Below are positions 1 to 10,866 of a stretch of 64,000 nucleotides of DNA, piece after piece. The notes under the pieces were generated by a model. The model saw only the letters and a list, made by a program, of their open reading frames with translations, searched no databases and was not told the origin of the DNA. Positions within the stretch are counted from its first letter, which is position 1, and every line of letters starts with the position of its first letter. A program made the translations under genes and the position numbers. This DNA is from a bacterium (GTDB taxonomy: Bacteria; UBA8248), in contig CBDATS010000008.1 of NCBI GenBank assembly GCA_965200245.1, positions 96,001 to 160,000 on the forward strand. The letters are read 5' to 3'.

Positions 1-349
1 CCTCGTACCTGCCACAGATGAGGAGTAGACGAGGTACTTCTGAATATCTCCGGGCGGCGACCTGATCGAACAGCCGTCCCTGCGGCGTGAGCAACACCTT
101 GAGCGGTTCAACTTGGCCGTTTTCGCGAATCGCCCCCACACCCCTGTAGACGGGTTCGGGCTTCATGACCATGCCCGCCCCACCTCCAAATGGCGCGTCG
201 TCAGCTTGCTGATACCTGCCCTCTGCGAAATCGCGCAGATTCCAGACATTCAGTTCGATAATGCCGCTCTCAATCGCGCGTCCCACGACGCCCTCCCTGA
301 ACGCTTCTTCCACCATGCGGGGCAGAATGGAAAGAACGTCGATGCGCAT
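1..349 (-). CDS. trmD: tRNA (guanine-N1)-methyltransferase, 3' end runs off the window
   Basis: Not in ORF track; manual translation from ATG at 349 gives MRIDVLSILP...ADDAPFGGGAGMVMKPEP...LLLICGRYE; directly follows rimM. Confidence 0.95.
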   Translation of the reverse strand, partial: MRIDVLSILPRMVEEAFREGVVGRAIESGIIELNVWNLRDFAEGRYQQADDAPFGGGAGMVMKPEPVYRGVGAIRENGQVEPLKVLLTPQGRLFDQVAARRYSEVPRLLLICGRYE

Positions 350-358
350 GACGTCTCC

Positions 359-865
359 TCAATTCTCGTCATCGAACTTTGGAAGACGGAAAATCCAGCG
401 TTCCCCCTCGCGCCGCAAGACGACTTCGCGTGTCGCTGGCGCGAGCAACTCCTCACCTTCCGGCGTGCGGATGACGATGATGTCATTGCCATTCGCCCCG
501 AACATGTCCACCACGCGTCCGAGGGGGGTTCCCTCCTCGTCGATGATTTCCAGGCCCTCGAAATCCTCGAAATAGAGGACTCCCTCTTCGGGGCCGTCCA
601 AGAATTTCCTGTCCGCCAAAAAAATCGTCCCCCGCAGCGCCTCGGCGGCCTCGGGGGTGTCGATTCCCTCAAACTTCCAGACGATGACTCCCTTGCCACC
701 CCGGCGGCAGGATGCCACCTCAAACCTCAGTCCGGGTTCCGCTCGGGAGAACACCTCCTCGATTCGCGCGTAGACTTCCGGGTCATCAAGCCAAGGTTCC
801 ACCCGAACGGCTCCCCTGACGCCGTGGGGCCTGAGCACGAAACCCACGGCGATCTTGCCGTTCAC
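359..865 (-). CDS. rimM: 16S rRNA processing protein RimM
   Basis: VGFVLRPHGVRG N-terminus, PRC-barrel-like C-terminus (GANGNDIIVI); between rpsP and trmD. Confidence 0.93.
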   Translation of the reverse strand: MNGKIAVGFVLRPHGVRGAVRVEPWLDDPEVYARIEEVFSRAEPGLRFEVASCRRGGKGVIVWKFEGIDTPEAAEALRGTIFLADRKFLDGPEEGVLYFEDFEGLEIIDEEGTPLGRVVDMFGANGNDIIVIRTPEGEELLAPATREVVLRREGERWIFRLPKFDDEN

Positions 866-874
866 GGAGCTTCC

Positions 875-1120
875 CTAATCGTTGATGCCCACTTGGGCGA
901 GAAGGTTCCTGACTGTCCGGGTCGGGATGGCGCCCTTGTCCATCCAGGCCTTCGCCTTTTCGAGGTCGATATGGACGAACGCTGGGTCCTGCGACGGATC
1001 GTAGCGACCGATGCTCTCGATGAAACGTCCATCGCGCGGCATGCGTTCATCCTGCACGACGACACGATAGCGCGGCGCCTTTTTCATGCCCCCACGGGCA
1101 AGTCTGATTTTTACGGCCAA
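875..1120 (-). CDS. rpsP: 30S ribosomal protein S16
   Basis: [11 protein letters not shown]...[15 protein letters not shown] signature. Confidence 0.97.
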   Translation of the reverse strand: MAVKIRLARGGMKKAPRYRVVVQDERMPRDGRFIESIGRYDPSQDPAFVHIDLEKAKAWMDKGAIPTRTVRNLLAQVGIND

Positions 1121-1131
1121 AACGTGTCTCC

Positions 1132-2466
1132 CTAGAAATGAAACATCTGACGCATTTTTTGCATCTGTTTTTTCTTGCCATCCTTGGAAAATTGCTTCAT
1201 CAACTTCTGTGTCTGTGCGAATTGCTTGAGCAGCCGGTTCACATCTTGCACCTTTGTTCCGCTGCCGGCGGCGATGCGTTTTCTACGGCTGCCCTTGATG
1301 ATCTCGGGCTTCGCGCGCTCGACCGGCGTCATCGAATCGATGATGGCCACCGTGCGTTTGAGTTCTTTCTCGTCGATCTCGACATCGGGGATCCGGCTTC
1401 CCAGCCCCGGTATCATCGACAAGACGTCGCCCATCGAACCCAGCTTGCGCATCTGAAGAATCTGATCTTTCATCGTCGCGAGGGTGAACGACCCCTTACC
1501 GAGGGACTCCACCATGGATTTTGCGTCATCGGCGGAGATGGCGGCTTCGGCCTTCTCGATGAGAGACATAACGTCTCCCATGCCCAAAATGCGCGAAGCC
1601 ATCCTCTCAGGGTGAAACTCCTCGAGCGCGTCGAGCTTCTCGCCCACACCGACGAGCTTGACGGGTACGCCCGTCACCGAGCGAAGCGAGAGAGCGCCAC
1701 CGCCTCTGGCGTCGCCGTCGAGTTTGGTCAACACGACGCCCGTGATGCCGATGCGCTCGGAAAATGCTTGTCCCAGATTCACCGCTTCCTGGCCCGTCAT
1801 GGCGTCTGCGACCAAGAGCACCTCTTCGGGACGCCCCTCTCCCTTCATCCGCTTCAACTCGTCCATCAGGGCGTCGTCGATGTGGAGCCTGCCTGCACTG
1901 TCCACAATGCAGTAATCGAAATGCTCAAACCGGGCCTTATCGCCGGCCTGCCGGACAATCTCCACGGGATCCGCCATTCCATCTGAATCGAATGCTTCTG
2001 CTCCCGTCTGCTCGGCCAGTCTCTTGAGTTGGGTGATGGCGGCGGGACGTGCTACGTCCGCAGGAGCGAGCAGAACGCGAAGTCCCCTGCGTTTGAGCCT
2101 GAGAGCAATTTTCCCCGCCGTAGTCGTTTTTCCCGAACCCTGAAGACCAACGAGCAGCACGGTGGTGACGCCGTTCTCTACACGCTCAAGCGGGGTGCTC
2201 TTTGCGCCCATGAGTTCAGTGAGGCGCCCCTGAACCGCCTTTATGACTTGTTGTGAGGGATCGAGGTGCGCGACGCGCTCGATGCCGACTATATCTTCGC
2301 GGATTTTCGCCACTAGCTCCTTGGCAACCCGAAAATTCACGTCGGCTTCAAGTAAAGACAGGCGGATCTCGCGAAGTGCTGAGTCAACCTCTTTTTCACC
2401 CAAAACGCCCCGGCTTCTCAAGTCCCTGAAGATTCCGCCCAGACGATCTTTCAAACCGTCAAACAT
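1132..2466 (-). CDS. ffh: Signal recognition particle protein Ffh
   Basis: [25 protein letters not shown] GTPase motifs and Met-rich M domain; start placed at ATG 2466. Confidence 0.97.
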   Translation of the reverse strand: MFDGLKDRLGGIFRDLRSRGVLGEKEVDSALREIRLSLLEADVNFRVAKELVAKIREDIVGIERVAHLDPSQQVIKAVQGRLTELMGAKSTPLERVENGVTTVLLVGLQGSGKTTTAGKIALRLKRRGLRVLLAPADVARPAAITQLKRLAEQTGAEAFDSDGMADPVEIVRQAGDKARFEHFDYCIVDSAGRLHIDDALMDELKRMKGEGRPEEVLLVADAMTGQEAVNLGQAFSERIGITGVVLTKLDGDARGGGALSLRSVTGVPVKLVGVGEKLDALEEFHPERMASRILGMGDVMSLIEKAEAAISADDAKSMVESLGKGSFTLATMKDQILQMRKLGSMGDVLSMIPGLGSRIPDVEIDEKELKRTVAIIDSMTPVERAKPEIIKGSRRKRIAAGSGTKVQDVNRLLKQFAQTQKLMKQFSKDGKKKQMQKMRQMFHF

Positions 2467-2538
2467 CGAACACCCCAACTAATTGAAATTTAACATGTTT
2501 CCGATTTATCACCCGCAAGGTCAAGCGAGGAAACTCAA

Positions 2539-2568
2539 CTTATAAGGATTTTATGCGCAAGGTGTCAA
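2539..2568 (-). promoter_or_regulatory. Putative sigma70 promoter of the ffh-rpsP-rimM-trmD operon
   Basis: Minus strand TTGACA-N18-TATAAG about 70 nt upstream of the ffh start. Confidence 0.55.
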
Positions 2569-2636
2569 CCGCGTACGATTCGCACAGCCTGAAGCTCTCG
2601 AAAAAGTGGACGTGAAATTCCCGCACACATCCGGCT

Positions 2637-3314
2637 TCATCCGCCCCTGATGCCGCGTATGGCTTCCGCGTAGTCTTGCGCGCCGAACACAGCGGAACCG
2701 GCCACCAGCACCTCAGCGCCCGCCGCACGGATTTCCGCCGCGTTCTGCGGCGTAACGCCGCCATCCACCTCTAGGAGAACAAATAATTCTTTCGCCGCGA
2801 TCATCTCTTTTAGACGCCGGATCCGTTCCAGCGATGCCGGGATGAACTTCTGCCCGCCGAAGCCCGGATTGACGCTCATGACAAGGATCATGTCGACTTC
2901 AGGCAACAGGTTCTCCACCACCGAAAGCGGCGTTCCGGGATTGAGCGTCAGCCCGACTCCCAAGCCGCGTGCGCGGATACTCTGAAGGGTACGGTGGATA
3001 TGCGTTGGTGCCTCCACGTGCACCGTCAGGATGTCCGCTCCCGCATCGGCAAACGCTTCGATGTAGCGATCCGGATCCGCAATCATCAGATGTACGTCGA
3101 TTACCATATCTGGCACAGCTCGCCTGGCCGCCTCCACGCCCAGAGGTCCCACGGATATGTTCGGCACGAAATGCCCGTCCATCACGTCGAAATGCAGCCA
3201 GTCCGCTCCGGCTTCGCGCACTGCGGCTATTTCCTCCCCCATCTTCTCGAAAGAGCATGAGAGCAAAGAAGGTGCGATCCGGATTTTCCCTGGCGTCATA
3301 TCCGGCTTGGGCAT
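2637..3314 (-). CDS. rpe: Ribulose-phosphate 3-epimerase
   Basis: IAPSLLS, HFDVMDGHFVPN, MSVNPGFGGQKF, EVDGG motifs. Confidence 0.97.
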   Translation of the reverse strand: MPKPDMTPGKIRIAPSLLSCSFEKMGEEIAAVREAGADWLHFDVMDGHFVPNISVGPLGVEAARRAVPDMVIDVHLMIADPDRYIEAFADAGADILTVHVEAPTHIHRTLQSIRARGLGVGLTLNPGTPLSVVENLLPEVDMILVMSVNPGFGGQKFIPASLERIRRLKEMIAAKELFVLLEVDGGVTPQNAAEIRAAGAEVLVAGSAVFGAQDYAEAIRGIRGG

Positions 3315-3327
3315 GTCAATTCCTTAC

Positions 3328-4266
3328 CTAATGTGTTTGTTCTTCGACCAGAAGGCCGTCCAAGAATATACGTGCTCTCGCATGGCCCTTCACCCGCACC
3401 AGCAGGTGAATTTCCTCGCCCGCGCTTACCTCGCGCGCGAGTTCCTCTCGCTTCACACCGTTCGATTCGAGTTCCACGCGAAGCGCGCGCCTGGGCTTCC
3501 CGTACGGCACGCGGTAGCGCAAGACGATAAAGTTTCCCGTGATCTGGTCTGCGCCGCGCGCCACGTCCACGTGAACACGGTGACCCGCAATCACGCGTCG
3601 CCCATGCGGCGGTATCTGCGAAACGATAGAGGCCCTTAGTGCGCCCGGGCGGTCCACATAGCGTACACGCCCCACGTTCAGGCCGAGCGCACGAACCTTG
3701 TCGAGGGCCTTGTCGACGGATTCCCCGATAAGCGAGGGCATGACGTAGGCGCGCTCGCGCGAACCCTGGCTTACCACGAGCACCACGCCCTCGCCACGCC
3801 TGATGTTTTGCCCCTCGTTCGGCCAAACGCCCAGAACCTCATCAATGGGCCTCTTGGGGTCGTACAACCGTTCCACCAACCGGACGCGAAGCCCCTCCAA
3901 GCGGATAAGCGACTCCGCGCGGCTCAGGTTCTCACCCACCACCGCCGGCACCGCTACATCCCGCGGGCCGTTACTCAGAACAAGAGACACGATTCTCCCC
4001 TTGCGGATGCGCCGGCCTCCAGGGGGATTCTGGCTCACAACATGGTTCATTGACACTTCATTGCTGAACTCGCGCCCTGTGACCTGCATAGGAATCCCTT
4101 TCTCCCCGAGAAGTTCCAGTGCTCGAACCACGTCAAGACCCGCCACCTGGGGCAGGAAGACACCCTCCCCACCCCTGAAGACATAGAGGCCCACGGCTCC
4201 CCCCACGCCGCCAAGCCCCACCAAGAGCACAAACCAGAAAACGCCCTTCAATATCCCTTTCAGCAT
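3328..4266 (-). CDS. Membrane-anchored PASTA-repeat protein (about 3 PASTA domains, no kinase domain)
   Basis: N-terminal TM helix, then repeats LPQVAG/VPAVVG/MPSLIG ... SQNPPGG/SQIPPHG ... VxLVxSxG. Confidence 0.85.
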   Translation of the reverse strand: MLKGILKGVFWFVLLVGLGGVGGAVGLYVFRGGEGVFLPQVAGLDVVRALELLGEKGIPMQVTGREFSNEVSMNHVVSQNPPGGRRIRKGRIVSLVLSNGPRDVAVPAVVGENLSRAESLIRLEGLRVRLVERLYDPKRPIDEVLGVWPNEGQNIRRGEGVVLVVSQGSRERAYVMPSLIGESVDKALDKVRALGLNVGRVRYVDRPGALRASIVSQIPPHGRRVIAGHRVHVDVARGADQITGNFIVLRYRVPYGKPRRALRVELESNGVKREELAREVSAGEEIHLLVRVKGHARARIFLDGLLVEEQTH

Positions 4267-5612
4267 TTTCTGCCCTCTTTGTGCCAACTCATGGCGAAAA
4301 AGCCGTCAAGTCCATCACCCGGCGTTATCCGCAAACTCCCGTCCGGCTGAAGAAACCTTCCGGCGCTACGGGGGAGCGTGCCTCCTCCTTGTATGGGGAC
4401 GAAGCCCGGTTCCCGGAACGAGGCCGCCACCTCTTCTGTTTCCTCGGGTTCGTTCGTGCAAACCGAATAGACCAGCCTGCCGCCGGGGCGCACCGCTCTC
4501 GCAGCACCCTCCAAGAGTGCTTTTTGCCGTTTCGCCTGCGACTCCAGATCCTGTTCTTTCAATCGCCACCTCGCGTCGGGATACCGTCGGAATACGCCCA
4601 GTCCGCTGCACGGCGCATCCACGAGAACAAGGTCGAAAGCTTGATGAAAGGGCGGCTTCATCGCATCCATCCGCAAGAGCCGCGTGGCCGCCCGAATCCT
4701 AGCACAATTGCGCTTCAATAGAGTGAGGCGGCGAGGTGACACTTCGCCTACGACGACGCTTCCGCTCCCTCCCGCTGCCCAAGCGAGACAGGCTGTTTTC
4801 CCTCCGGGAGCGGCGCAGGCGTCGAGAACGCTCTCGCCTCGTGCGACGCCTGCGAATCGCGACACCAGGCTCGAACTCTCGTCCATAATGATGAATCTGC
4901 CCTCACGGTAAGCCGCCCCATCACTGAAGCGCGCACTTGGTGCACTCTCGTCCGGCAGGAATACCAGACAATCGGGGTCGGCGCATCCGGGACGCGTCAC
5001 GACGCCTTCGCTCGCAAGTTCAGCGGCCAGACTATTGACGTCCGACGCCCGGGTGTTCACGCGAAATACGACCGGGGGCTCCTCGTTATTCGCCCGACAT
5101 CTTTTTTGCGTCTCATCATCGCCGAGCGCGCGCATCCAGCGCCTCACCAGCCAACGCGGGTGAGATTCCCAAACCGTGAGATACTCCTCAAGATTCCCGG
5201 GCGGCGATACGTTATGCTCCGCCACCTTGCGCAACACGGCGTTCACCAACCCTCTCGCCCAGATCAGGTTCCTGCGATCCAGCAAGGAAACCGCGCCGTC
5301 TACCGCGGCGTGCTCGGGCACACGATCCATGAACAAAAGCTGATAGGTGCCGAGTCGCAGAACTTCTCGCACGGGAGGGGCCACGTTCGGTTTCTTCAGG
5401 AATCGGCCGAATATGAAATCAAGACGCCCCCGCCACCTAAGGACGCCATAGACCAGTTCACGCAGAAAAGCGCAGTCACGCGTGTCGAATTCGGCCGATG
5501 TGAACCGATCGACCAAAACATCCGCCGCAACGGGAGTTTTTCCGAAAGAAAGAAGCGCGGCGTGTGCCGCCCGCCTGACGAGATGAGGGGAGCGCGCGCT
5601 GTTCTCGCTCAT
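4260..5612 (-). CDS. rsmB: 16S rRNA m5C967 methyltransferase RsmB/Sun
   Basis: NusB-like N-terminus (ELVYGVLRW), LDACAAPGGKT, VDAPCSGLG, YSVCT. Confidence 0.93.
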   Translation of the reverse strand: MSENSARSPHLVRRAAHAALLSFGKTPVAADVLVDRFTSAEFDTRDCAFLRELVYGVLRWRGRLDFIFGRFLKKPNVAPPVREVLRLGTYQLLFMDRVPEHAAVDGAVSLLDRRNLIWARGLVNAVLRKVAEHNVSPPGNLEEYLTVWESHPRWLVRRWMRALGDDETQKRCRANNEEPPVVFRVNTRASDVNSLAAELASEGVVTRPGCADPDCLVFLPDESAPSARFSDGAAYREGRFIIMDESSSLVSRFAGVARGESVLDACAAPGGKTACLAWAAGGSGSVVVGEVSPRRLTLLKRNCARIRAATRLLRMDAMKPPFHQAFDLVLVDAPCSGLGVFRRYPDARWRLKEQDLESQAKRQKALLEGAARAVRPGGRLVYSVCTNEPEETEEVAASFREPGFVPIQGGGTLPRSAGRFLQPDGSLRITPGDGLDGFFAMSWHKEGRKC

Positions 5613-5626
5613 CACGAGGTTCCGTA

Positions 5627-6574
5627 TCACGAGACCTCTCCAAGTACGAGGCCGGGCTGGCACGGATATCCCCTTGCGAATTCGCCTGCGTCCATCTTCT
5701 TCTTGCCGGGCGGCTGTATCTCCAGGATCACCAAATCCTTCTTGCCCGTCGCCACGCGGATTCCAGCGCCCTCGGGAGATTCTGCAACTCCCATAACCTC
5801 ACCGGCCACTCCGCCTGAACCCTCTGCCAATGGCCAGGCACGCCATATCCGCACCGGACCTCCCGTAATTCCCGGCCATACGGTCTCCGCCACGGGCCAG
5901 GGGTTCAAGCCGCGGATTAGTCTGTCCAGGCGGCTCGCGGGCAGACGCCAGTCGAGTTTCGCTTCACCTTTTTGGAGTTTTTCGGCGTAAGTGACCAAGG
6001 ATTCATCCTGAGGAACTTCCGTGACCTCGCCGTTTTCAAGAGCGTTTAAAGTCTCAACCATCTGCCTGGCTCCAAGTTCCGCCAGTTTGTCGTGCAGGTC
6101 GGCGGAAGTGTCTCTCGCCCCGATGGGTAGTGAACGGCGTGCGAGCACACCGCCTGCGTCGAGTTTGGGCGTGACCCGTATGACGCAGATACCCGTTTCT
6201 GTGTCTCCTTCTAGAAGGGCACGTTGTATCGGCGCCGCACCCCGCCAGCGCGGGAGAAGGGAGGGGTGTAAGTTCAACAGTCCCAGCCGAGGGACACCCA
6301 GCAGTTTCCTGCTCAAAATCTGTCCATAGGCCACCACTACGCCCACGTCTGGCCGGAATTCGGCAATGTCGGTTGAGCGGGCTTGCTCAGGTTGCAGCAT
6401 GGGAATATCCGCCTCGAGCGCGCACGTTTTTACAGGTGGCGGCGTCAATCTGCGACCCCTGCCCGCGGGCCTGTCAGGCTGTGTGAAGACGGTCGCAATC
6501 TCGACTGAGGAAGCGATTAACGCTCGAAGTGTCGGCGTAGCGAATTCGGATGTACCGAAAAAGACCGCCCGCAT
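5627..6574 (-). CDS. fmt: Methionyl-tRNA formyltransferase
   Basis: VFFGTSEFA, TQPDRPAGRG, NLHPSLLPRWRGAAPIQ. Confidence 0.97.
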   Translation of the reverse strand: MRAVFFGTSEFATPTLRALIASSVEIATVFTQPDRPAGRGRRLTPPPVKTCALEADIPMLQPEQARSTDIAEFRPDVGVVVAYGQILSRKLLGVPRLGLLNLHPSLLPRWRGAAPIQRALLEGDTETGICVIRVTPKLDAGGVLARRSLPIGARDTSADLHDKLAELGARQMVETLNALENGEVTEVPQDESLVTYAEKLQKGEAKLDWRLPASRLDRLIRGLNPWPVAETVWPGITGGPVRIWRAWPLAEGSGGVAGEVMGVAESPEGAGIRVATGKKDLVILEIQPPGKKKMDAGEFARGYPCQPGLVLGEVS

Positions 6575-6658
6575 GGATTCTCCCCACGAAAAACTCCAGC
6601 ACGCGCCAAAACGCACACTGAATAACGCCCAAATATAGCACGAGCGAAACGGGGTTTT

Positions 6659-7168
6659 CTAAGAGGCGGCCCTGGCCTGTTTCTTGAGACGGCGCTTCAC
6701 GACATCGCGCTTCGTCTTGTTAAGGTGATCGAGTATGAGTTTTCCGTCGAGGTGGTCAATCTCATGTTGTAAGACGAAGGCGAGCACCTCGCGCGCGTCG
6801 AGAACCACTTCTTCACCGCTCAGGTTCAGCGCGCGCACGCACACCGACTCGTGGCGACGGATTTTTTCGGTGACTCCCGGAAGGGAGAGACAGCCTTCTT
6901 CGACGATGCGCTCACCGTCTGTATTTTCGATTTCGGGGTTGACGAGAAAATGAACCTCTTTGGGATTTTTACCGACCGAGATATCCACCACGATGAGCCG
7001 GACATTCTCTCCGACCTGGGGAGCAGCGAGGCCGACACCAGGCGCGTTGTGCATGGTGTCGAGCATCGCGCGTGCGAGTTCCTCTATGCGCTCCGTAATG
7101 TGCTCGATGCGCACGCATTTCCGGCGAAGAGCCGGGGCCGGATATTTGAGAATTTCGAGGATGGCCAT
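6659..7168 (-). CDS. def: Peptide deformylase
   Basis: GVGLAAPQVG, EGCLS, QHEIDHLDG motifs. Confidence 0.97.
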   Translation of the reverse strand: MAILEILKYPAPALRRKCVRIEHITERIEELARAMLDTMHNAPGVGLAAPQVGENVRLIVVDISVGKNPKEVHFLVNPEIENTDGERIVEEGCLSLPGVTEKIRRHESVCVRALNLSGEEVVLDAREVLAFVLQHEIDHLDGKLILDHLNKTKRDVVKRRLKKQARAAS

Positions 7169-7677
7169 GAGACATTCCCGACTGAAACGAACGCGCAACA
7201 AGGCTCAAGCGACAAGCCCATTTTTCATCATGTACCCCATACGAAGTGGGGAAGCAAATTCGAGTAATCATCCAGATAATGGGGGGATGAATTGCCTCCT
7301 TGGAAATGGAGAACAGTCCTGCGCTGAAACCACCCTGGCGTTTTGAGGCGACTGAAAAAGTACCAGGCTGTTTCTTTTCCTGCGTGCTTTTTCAATTCTC
7401 CTGAACGTGCATCTCTTTCTTCTCGGTATCACCGTCTCGCATTCCCTGCATATGCCGTCACGGCGTTTACGCCTGGATGAGAGAGAATCCCCGCCCGAAA
7501 GACTGCATCCCGGTGATGGAGGGAAACGAGAACAGAACTTCGGTTTGAACGGTGAATCACGGCCCCTGTTTGCCCAAGCGACAACGCTCTTATCCTGCTC
7601 TTCGAACACTCCTTTCTCAGTCGTGTCGATCTGAAAATTTACCTGGTTGATATTATGATGTTACGACGTTTCAGGTT

Positions 7678-8775
7678 CTACTTCGGCGCTGCCGCCTGGG
7701 GGGGGGTCTCCTCTGCCTGAGGCGTCTCTTTCACCGCACCGATTCCGACTGCGGCACGAACCTTGGTGTCGATTTTCGCAAAAAGATCCGCGTTTTCGCT
7801 CAGGAAACGCTTCACGTTCTCGCGCCCTTGGCCGATGCGCTCCTCTCCGTAGGAATACCACGCCCCCGTCTTGGCGACTATGCCTTTGTCGACGGCGAGG
7901 TCGAGAACGTCACCCTCCCGCGAGATGCCGCGCCCGAACATGATGTCGAACTCCGCGGTGCGGAACGGGGGCGCAAGCTTGTTTTTGACCACGCGCACCC
8001 GTGTCCTGTTGCCCACGTTGTTCTCGCCTTCCTTGATGGATGCGATACGACGGATGTCCATGCGCACGGAGGAGTAGAATTTGAGCGCGTTTCCGCCCGA
8101 TGTGGTCTCCGGGTTACCGAACATCACGCCAATCTTCATGCGAATCTGGTTGATGAAAATGAAGCACGTGTTGCTCCGGTGCACCACGCCTGTGAGCTTT
8201 CGGAGCGCTTGGCTCATAAGCCGTGCCTGAAGTCCGACGTGGTGATCCCCCATGTCTCCTTCGAGTTCCGCTTTGGGCACCAAGGCAGCCACGGAGTCGA
8301 TGACGACCACGTCGAGCGATCCGCTGCTCGTCAGAATTTCTGCTATTTCCAGAGCCTGCTCGCCCGTGTCGGGCTGGGAGACGATGAGGTTGTCCGTCTG
8401 CACTCCGAGCGCCTTGGCGTAGATCGGATCCAGCGCGTGCTCCGCATCCACGAAGGCGGCCATTCCGCCACTTCGCTGTACTTGCGCGATGATTTGAAGT
8501 GCAATGGTCGTCTTGCCGGAGGATTCGGGACCGAATATCTCCACGATGCGCCCACGCGGCACACCGCCGCAACCCAAGGCGGCGTCGAGCGATACCGAAC
8601 CCGTCGAAATGGCTGGAATCGCCTCCACGCCCGGCCCTTCGCCCAGGCGCATGATGGAACCCTTGCCGAATTGACGGTTAATCTGGTTGAAAGCCATGTC
8701 CAACGCCTTTTCACGGCGTTCGCGCCCTTTTGGATCCTCGGATTTTGAGGAAGGCGACCCGTTTTTGAGGTTCAT
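7678..8775 (-). CDS. recA: Recombinase RecA
   Basis: GPESSGKTT Walker [32 protein letters not shown]; start uncertain (8775 or 8829). Confidence 0.98.
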   Translation of the reverse strand: MNLKNGSPSSKSEDPKGRERREKALDMAFNQINRQFGKGSIMRLGEGPGVEAIPAISTGSVSLDAALGCGGVPRGRIVEIFGPESSGKTTIALQIIAQVQRSGGMAAFVDAEHALDPIYAKALGVQTDNLIVSQPDTGEQALEIAEILTSSGSLDVVVIDSVAALVPKAELEGDMGDHHVGLQARLMSQALRKLTGVVHRSNTCFIFINQIRMKIGVMFGNPETTSGGNALKFYSSVRMDIRRIASIKEGENNVGNRTRVRVVKNKLAPPFRTAEFDIMFGRGISREGDVLDLAVDKGIVAKTGAWYSYGEERIGQGRENVKRFLSENADLFAKIDTKVRAAVGIGAVKETPQAEETPPQAAAPK

Positions 8776-9199
8776 CGGAAAACTCCCTTGGATGGAGGTA
8801 CCCGCACCGGTTCGCTCGATGACGGACATAGGTTGAATGTAGGGGATCGGCCCCTCTTCTGCAATGCGGCAAAAACGCCGTCACTCGCAAAAAGGCTTGC
8901 CTGGAAAAAATCCCTTTCCTTTATCTATTTATGATTCCCAAATCAGGCGACCGTTAATTTTCGCTAAATATACGTAATTATCTCTCTGAGATCAAGTATG
9001 CAAAGCTGAAATTCCCACAAAAAAGCCAATCTCCTGCAAACTCTGGCGATAAATGGGATGGTTCTTATGGAGAGTATTCCATTCAGACATACCTTTCCAG
9101 ACGCACATTACTTCTTCCTGCATAATGGAGGTTACGAGTGAATCAGAGAATACAAGCGCCAGAACTCAAGGTAACATCAGAAGACACACAACGGAGTTC

Positions 9200-9784
9200 T
9201 TATCCTGACGATCTGAAATTCACTTTTTCGAGCGCTGTATGTATGGCTCCTGAGGGATTGAGTTGACTCCTGAATAAAACCGCCTCGCGCGCGCAGAAGA
9301 TGAGAGGGGGTGTCAACCACCGTTGCTCCGCGATCGCAAGTTCTCCTTCAAACCCTGCAGGTAGGCGTTCGCGGGAACGTCGACGTGCGATCGTTAAATG
9401 TGGGAGGAATGCTCCCTTCTCGGCGGGAAATCCTGCTTCGGAAAGATAACGGGAAATATTCGCTTCGAGTTCCGCCAGAGGTTCCGGCGTTTGCGATAGA
9501 CCTACCCAGAGCACGTTAGGACGTTTGGGATGCGGGAAGACACCGAAGCGTTCCAACAAAATATCGAAAGCGCGCGCGCTTTCACCCGCGTAGCGTAGCG
9601 CATCAGTGGCGATCTCTGCCTGTTCCTCTTCAATATCACCTAGAAATCGCAGGGTGATGTGAATGTTCTGCGGCCTCGTCCAGCGAAAATCGTCGAGGGC
9701 TGGCATGGTAGCAAGTGATTCCTGAAGGGATTCAAGTAATTTGTGCTCATCCATGCTGAACGGAATCGCCAAGAACGCACGCAT
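9200..9784 (-). CDS. thpR: RNA 2',3'-cyclic phosphodiesterase (2H family)
   Basis: Two HxT motifs (HITLRFLG, PHLTIAR); cinA-thpR-recA synteny. Confidence 0.92.
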   Translation of the reverse strand: MRAFLAIPFSMDEHKLLESLQESLATMPALDDFRWTRPQNIHITLRFLGDIEEEQAEIATDALRYAGESARAFDILLERFGVFPHPKRPNVLWVGLSQTPEPLAELEANISRYLSEAGFPAEKGAFLPHLTIARRRSRERLPAGFEGELAIAEQRWLTPPLIFCAREAVLFRSQLNPSGAIHTALEKVNFRSSG

Positions 9785-9876
9785 GGAGAATCTCCCTCAC
9801 CAAGCCGACACATCTTCAGGGATGCTGGAACGCCCGCTTCACGCATGCAATGAGCACTCCCGCACAATATTAAACG

Positions 9877-10371
9877 TCAATCAGACGTTTCCAGGACATC
9901 GCGCGTCATCTCTAGGGCGGCTTGCGCCGTATGGGCCTTTACCTCCAGGCGGGTGCCTTCGAACAAGTGATGCTGGCAAATAACGCTGCAAAGCGTCGCG
10001 ACGGCCATATACACCGTGCCTACCGGTTTCTCGTCGCTTCCACCCGTGGGACCGGCAATTCCAGTGACGGATAAACCGACTTCGCTCCCTGTCACTGCTC
10101 GAACGCCTTCCGCCATCGCACGCGCGCAGGCTTCACTCACTGCTCCCGGTCCGTCGTCCCCTGGCGCCAGAATTTCTTTCGACACCCCGAGAAGCGCCAT
10201 TTTCGCCTCGTTGCTGTAAGTGATGAAACCTTGCTCGAAATATGCGGAACTACCGGAAACATCGGTAATCCGGCTTGCGATGAGACCGCCTGTACAACTC
10301 TCGGCTGTGGCAATTCGCCAGCCTTTGCCACTTAGATATTCACCAAGCCATTCCTCTATGGGTGCCGCCAT
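9877..10371 (-). CDS. CinA C-terminal domain / NMN deamidase PncC-like
   Basis: ATAESCTGGLIA, TYSNEAK, TGIAGPTGG; lacks the N-terminal MoCo-like domain. Confidence 0.9.
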   Translation of the reverse strand: MAAPIEEWLGEYLSGKGWRIATAESCTGGLIASRITDVSGSSAYFEQGFITYSNEAKMALLGVSKEILAPGDDGPGAVSEACARAMAEGVRAVTGSEVGLSVTGIAGPTGGSDEKPVGTVYMAVATLCSVICQHHLFEGTRLEVKAHTAQAALEMTRDVLETSD

Positions 10372-10391
10372 TCGTCTTTGCTCCCTGAATT

Positions 10392-10862
10392 TCAGATCAG
10401 TTCCCAACGATTGAGAGGAAACAAGATTACCCAGCCGATAATTCCCGCGGCGACATCGTCTGCCACGATACCCACGCCGCCCGATAATCTTTCGAGAGTC
10501 CGGACGGGCGGCAACTTGATAATGTCAAAAAGACGAAAAAGGAAAAAGCCCGCCGCCAGAGCGATCAGGCTCGGTTCGATCCCGATGAAGCAGACGAACT
10601 GGCCCACCCATTCATCCACGACGACCTCCGGCGGGTCTTGCCGTTTCTCATTTGATTCGTATTTGCCGGACGCCCATACGGCAATAGGAAGCAGGACAAA
10701 CAAGAAAGAGATGGGCACATAGGGATTGATCTGGTAAAGCAGAAAATATGCCAGGACGGCGAGGAGAGAAGCCGCTGTACCCGGAGCAAGAGGAACCAGT
10801 CCGAGACCTCCCAGCGTGGCAACCATCCGGTGGCATGCCTCCCTGCCATTTTGATGGCTCAT
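10392..10862 (-). CDS. pgpA: Phosphatidylglycerophosphatase A
   Basis: APGT, DPPEVVVDEWVG, FRLFDIIK, ADDVAAG. Confidence 0.93.
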   Translation of the reverse strand: MSHQNGREACHRMVATLGGLGLVPLAPGTAASLLAVLAYFLLYQINPYVPISFLFVLLPIAVWASGKYESNEKRQDPPEVVVDEWVGQFVCFIGIEPSLIALAAGFFLFRLFDIIKLPPVRTLERLSGGVGIVADDVAAGIIGWVILFPLNRWELI

Positions 10863-10866
10863 AGTT

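Noticed and set aside
866-874. No KH-domain gene (khpA) between rpsP and rimM
   Set aside because: Absence is common in many lineages and uninformative here
113-1135. 340 aa plus-strand ORF and many other long antisense ORFs (e.g. 1138..1986, 7828..8748, 25974..26999, 62011..62808)
   Set aside because: They are shadows of well-recognised minus-strand genes in GC-rich DNA and have no protein-like motifs
8830-9199. Possible LexA box upstream of recA
   Set aside because: AT-rich, but I found no convincing match to known SOS-box consensus sequences by eye
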